From Heptranchias perlo (Eukaryota): a stretch of DNA of 64,000 bases. The notes beneath the pieces were generated by a model. It was not told where the DNA came from. It saw only the letters and a program-made list of their open reading frames with translations, and searched no databases. The stretch is from contig NC_090325.1 of the NCBI RefSeq assembly GCF_035084215.1, positions 50,468,001 to 50,532,000 on the forward strand, read 5' to 3'. Shown here piece by piece: positions 63,414-64,000 of the stretch. Both the position numbers and the translations under genes were made by a program. Numbering within the stretch: the stretch's first letter is position 1; each line of letters opens with the position of its first letter.

Positions 63414-63515
63414 GCATTACACGACCAGATGGCTGGAGCTGTCCATGAGATCAGCAATCTGATTGACCCAGTGGCAGCTGCAGCTCGTGCTGAGGCCTCA
63501 CAATTAGGACACAAG
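63414..63515 (+). CDS. TLN1: Talin-1 exon 26 ALHDQMAGAVHEIS...ASQLGHK
   Basis: ccattag / gtaaaa, 102 nt. Confidence 0.95.
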
Positions 63516-64000
63516 GTAAAATGGTAGCATGCAGGGCAATAGATTCTTGGTATTTCCTATGTAACAAAACATATAGGGTGTGCGATTATATTTTTTTTTA
63601 AAATTCTGTAAGTAGAGCTGTACAAACTTAATGCTGTAACTATTACATGCAAAACATGGCATCCAGCAGCTATGGGGGCACAGCACATAACACAGAGATA
63701 CTGCAGTGCATAGAATCATGGAAACAGACCTTTCAACCCATCATGTCTGCACTGATACTTCAGATGAGCCAAGCAGTCTATTGAAGAGCAATATGATGCT
63801 GCTTCTCCATTGCTGACATGGTGAGTTCCTGATCTCAGTCAGAGGTTTTGGGGAGGTGCAAAGTAGATACTTCCCTACAAACAAAATTCAGAAAGTTGAC
63901 ACTTACTGCTCTTGTGTTCTTCCCTGTGGCTAGTTCAGGGAGAAGAGGAAGTGAATCAGTAAAACCAATCTGTAAGGAGAACAGAGACTGGCATCCACAA

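Larger units (their letters stand above)
963..63515 (+). other. TLN1: Talin-1 gene, partial span (26 exons, rod R1 to mid-R9; 5' and 3' ends outside window)
   Basis: 26 GT-AG exons with matching phases splice to an open frame of 1,241 codons, colinear with vertebrate talin. TLN1-type rather than TLN2-type motifs: ASKAWRKNKMDES, ENSRKLLSAAK, QPDSPSAQLAL, AQISPEG. Confidence 0.93.

Noticed and set aside
963-63515. Annotation as TLN2
   Set aside because: Diagnostic motifs (WRKNKM, ENSRKLLSAAK, PDSPSAQ, ISPEG) favour TLN1; a tree would settle it.

Overview
Eukaryotic genomic DNA, most likely from a cartilaginous fish, judged from the repeat landscape; the species cannot be determined. The window holds 26 consecutive + strand GT-AG exons of talin-1 (TLN1). 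They splice in frame to 3,723 nt (1,241 codons), covering rod domains R1 to mid-R9, and the gene runs off both window ends. The introns are filled with non-LTR retroelements: several CR1 subfamilies (one near full length with an esterase ORF1, and a very young subfamily in three near-identical copies), a second CR1/Jockey-group LINE family, L2 fragments, and tRNA-headed SINEs (DeuSINE/SacSINE1-like, an LF-SINE-like relic, and a SINE sharing the second LINE's tail). There is also a perfect 18-bp minisatellite. The most unusual sequence-level signals are: (i) three short insertions copied from about 1 kb away within the locus, two with 15-bp flanking duplications and near-identical offsets (1,114 and 1,115 nt); (ii) a young CR1 subfamily with a tandem, structurally compensated double 3'-UTR hairpin; (iii) two micro-inversions in one CR1 tail; (iv) a snap-back inverted repeat at a CR1 5' junction. 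No prokaryotic-type system is present. All comparisons were made by eye, repeat family names come from remembered consensus sequences, and repeat boundaries are approximate.
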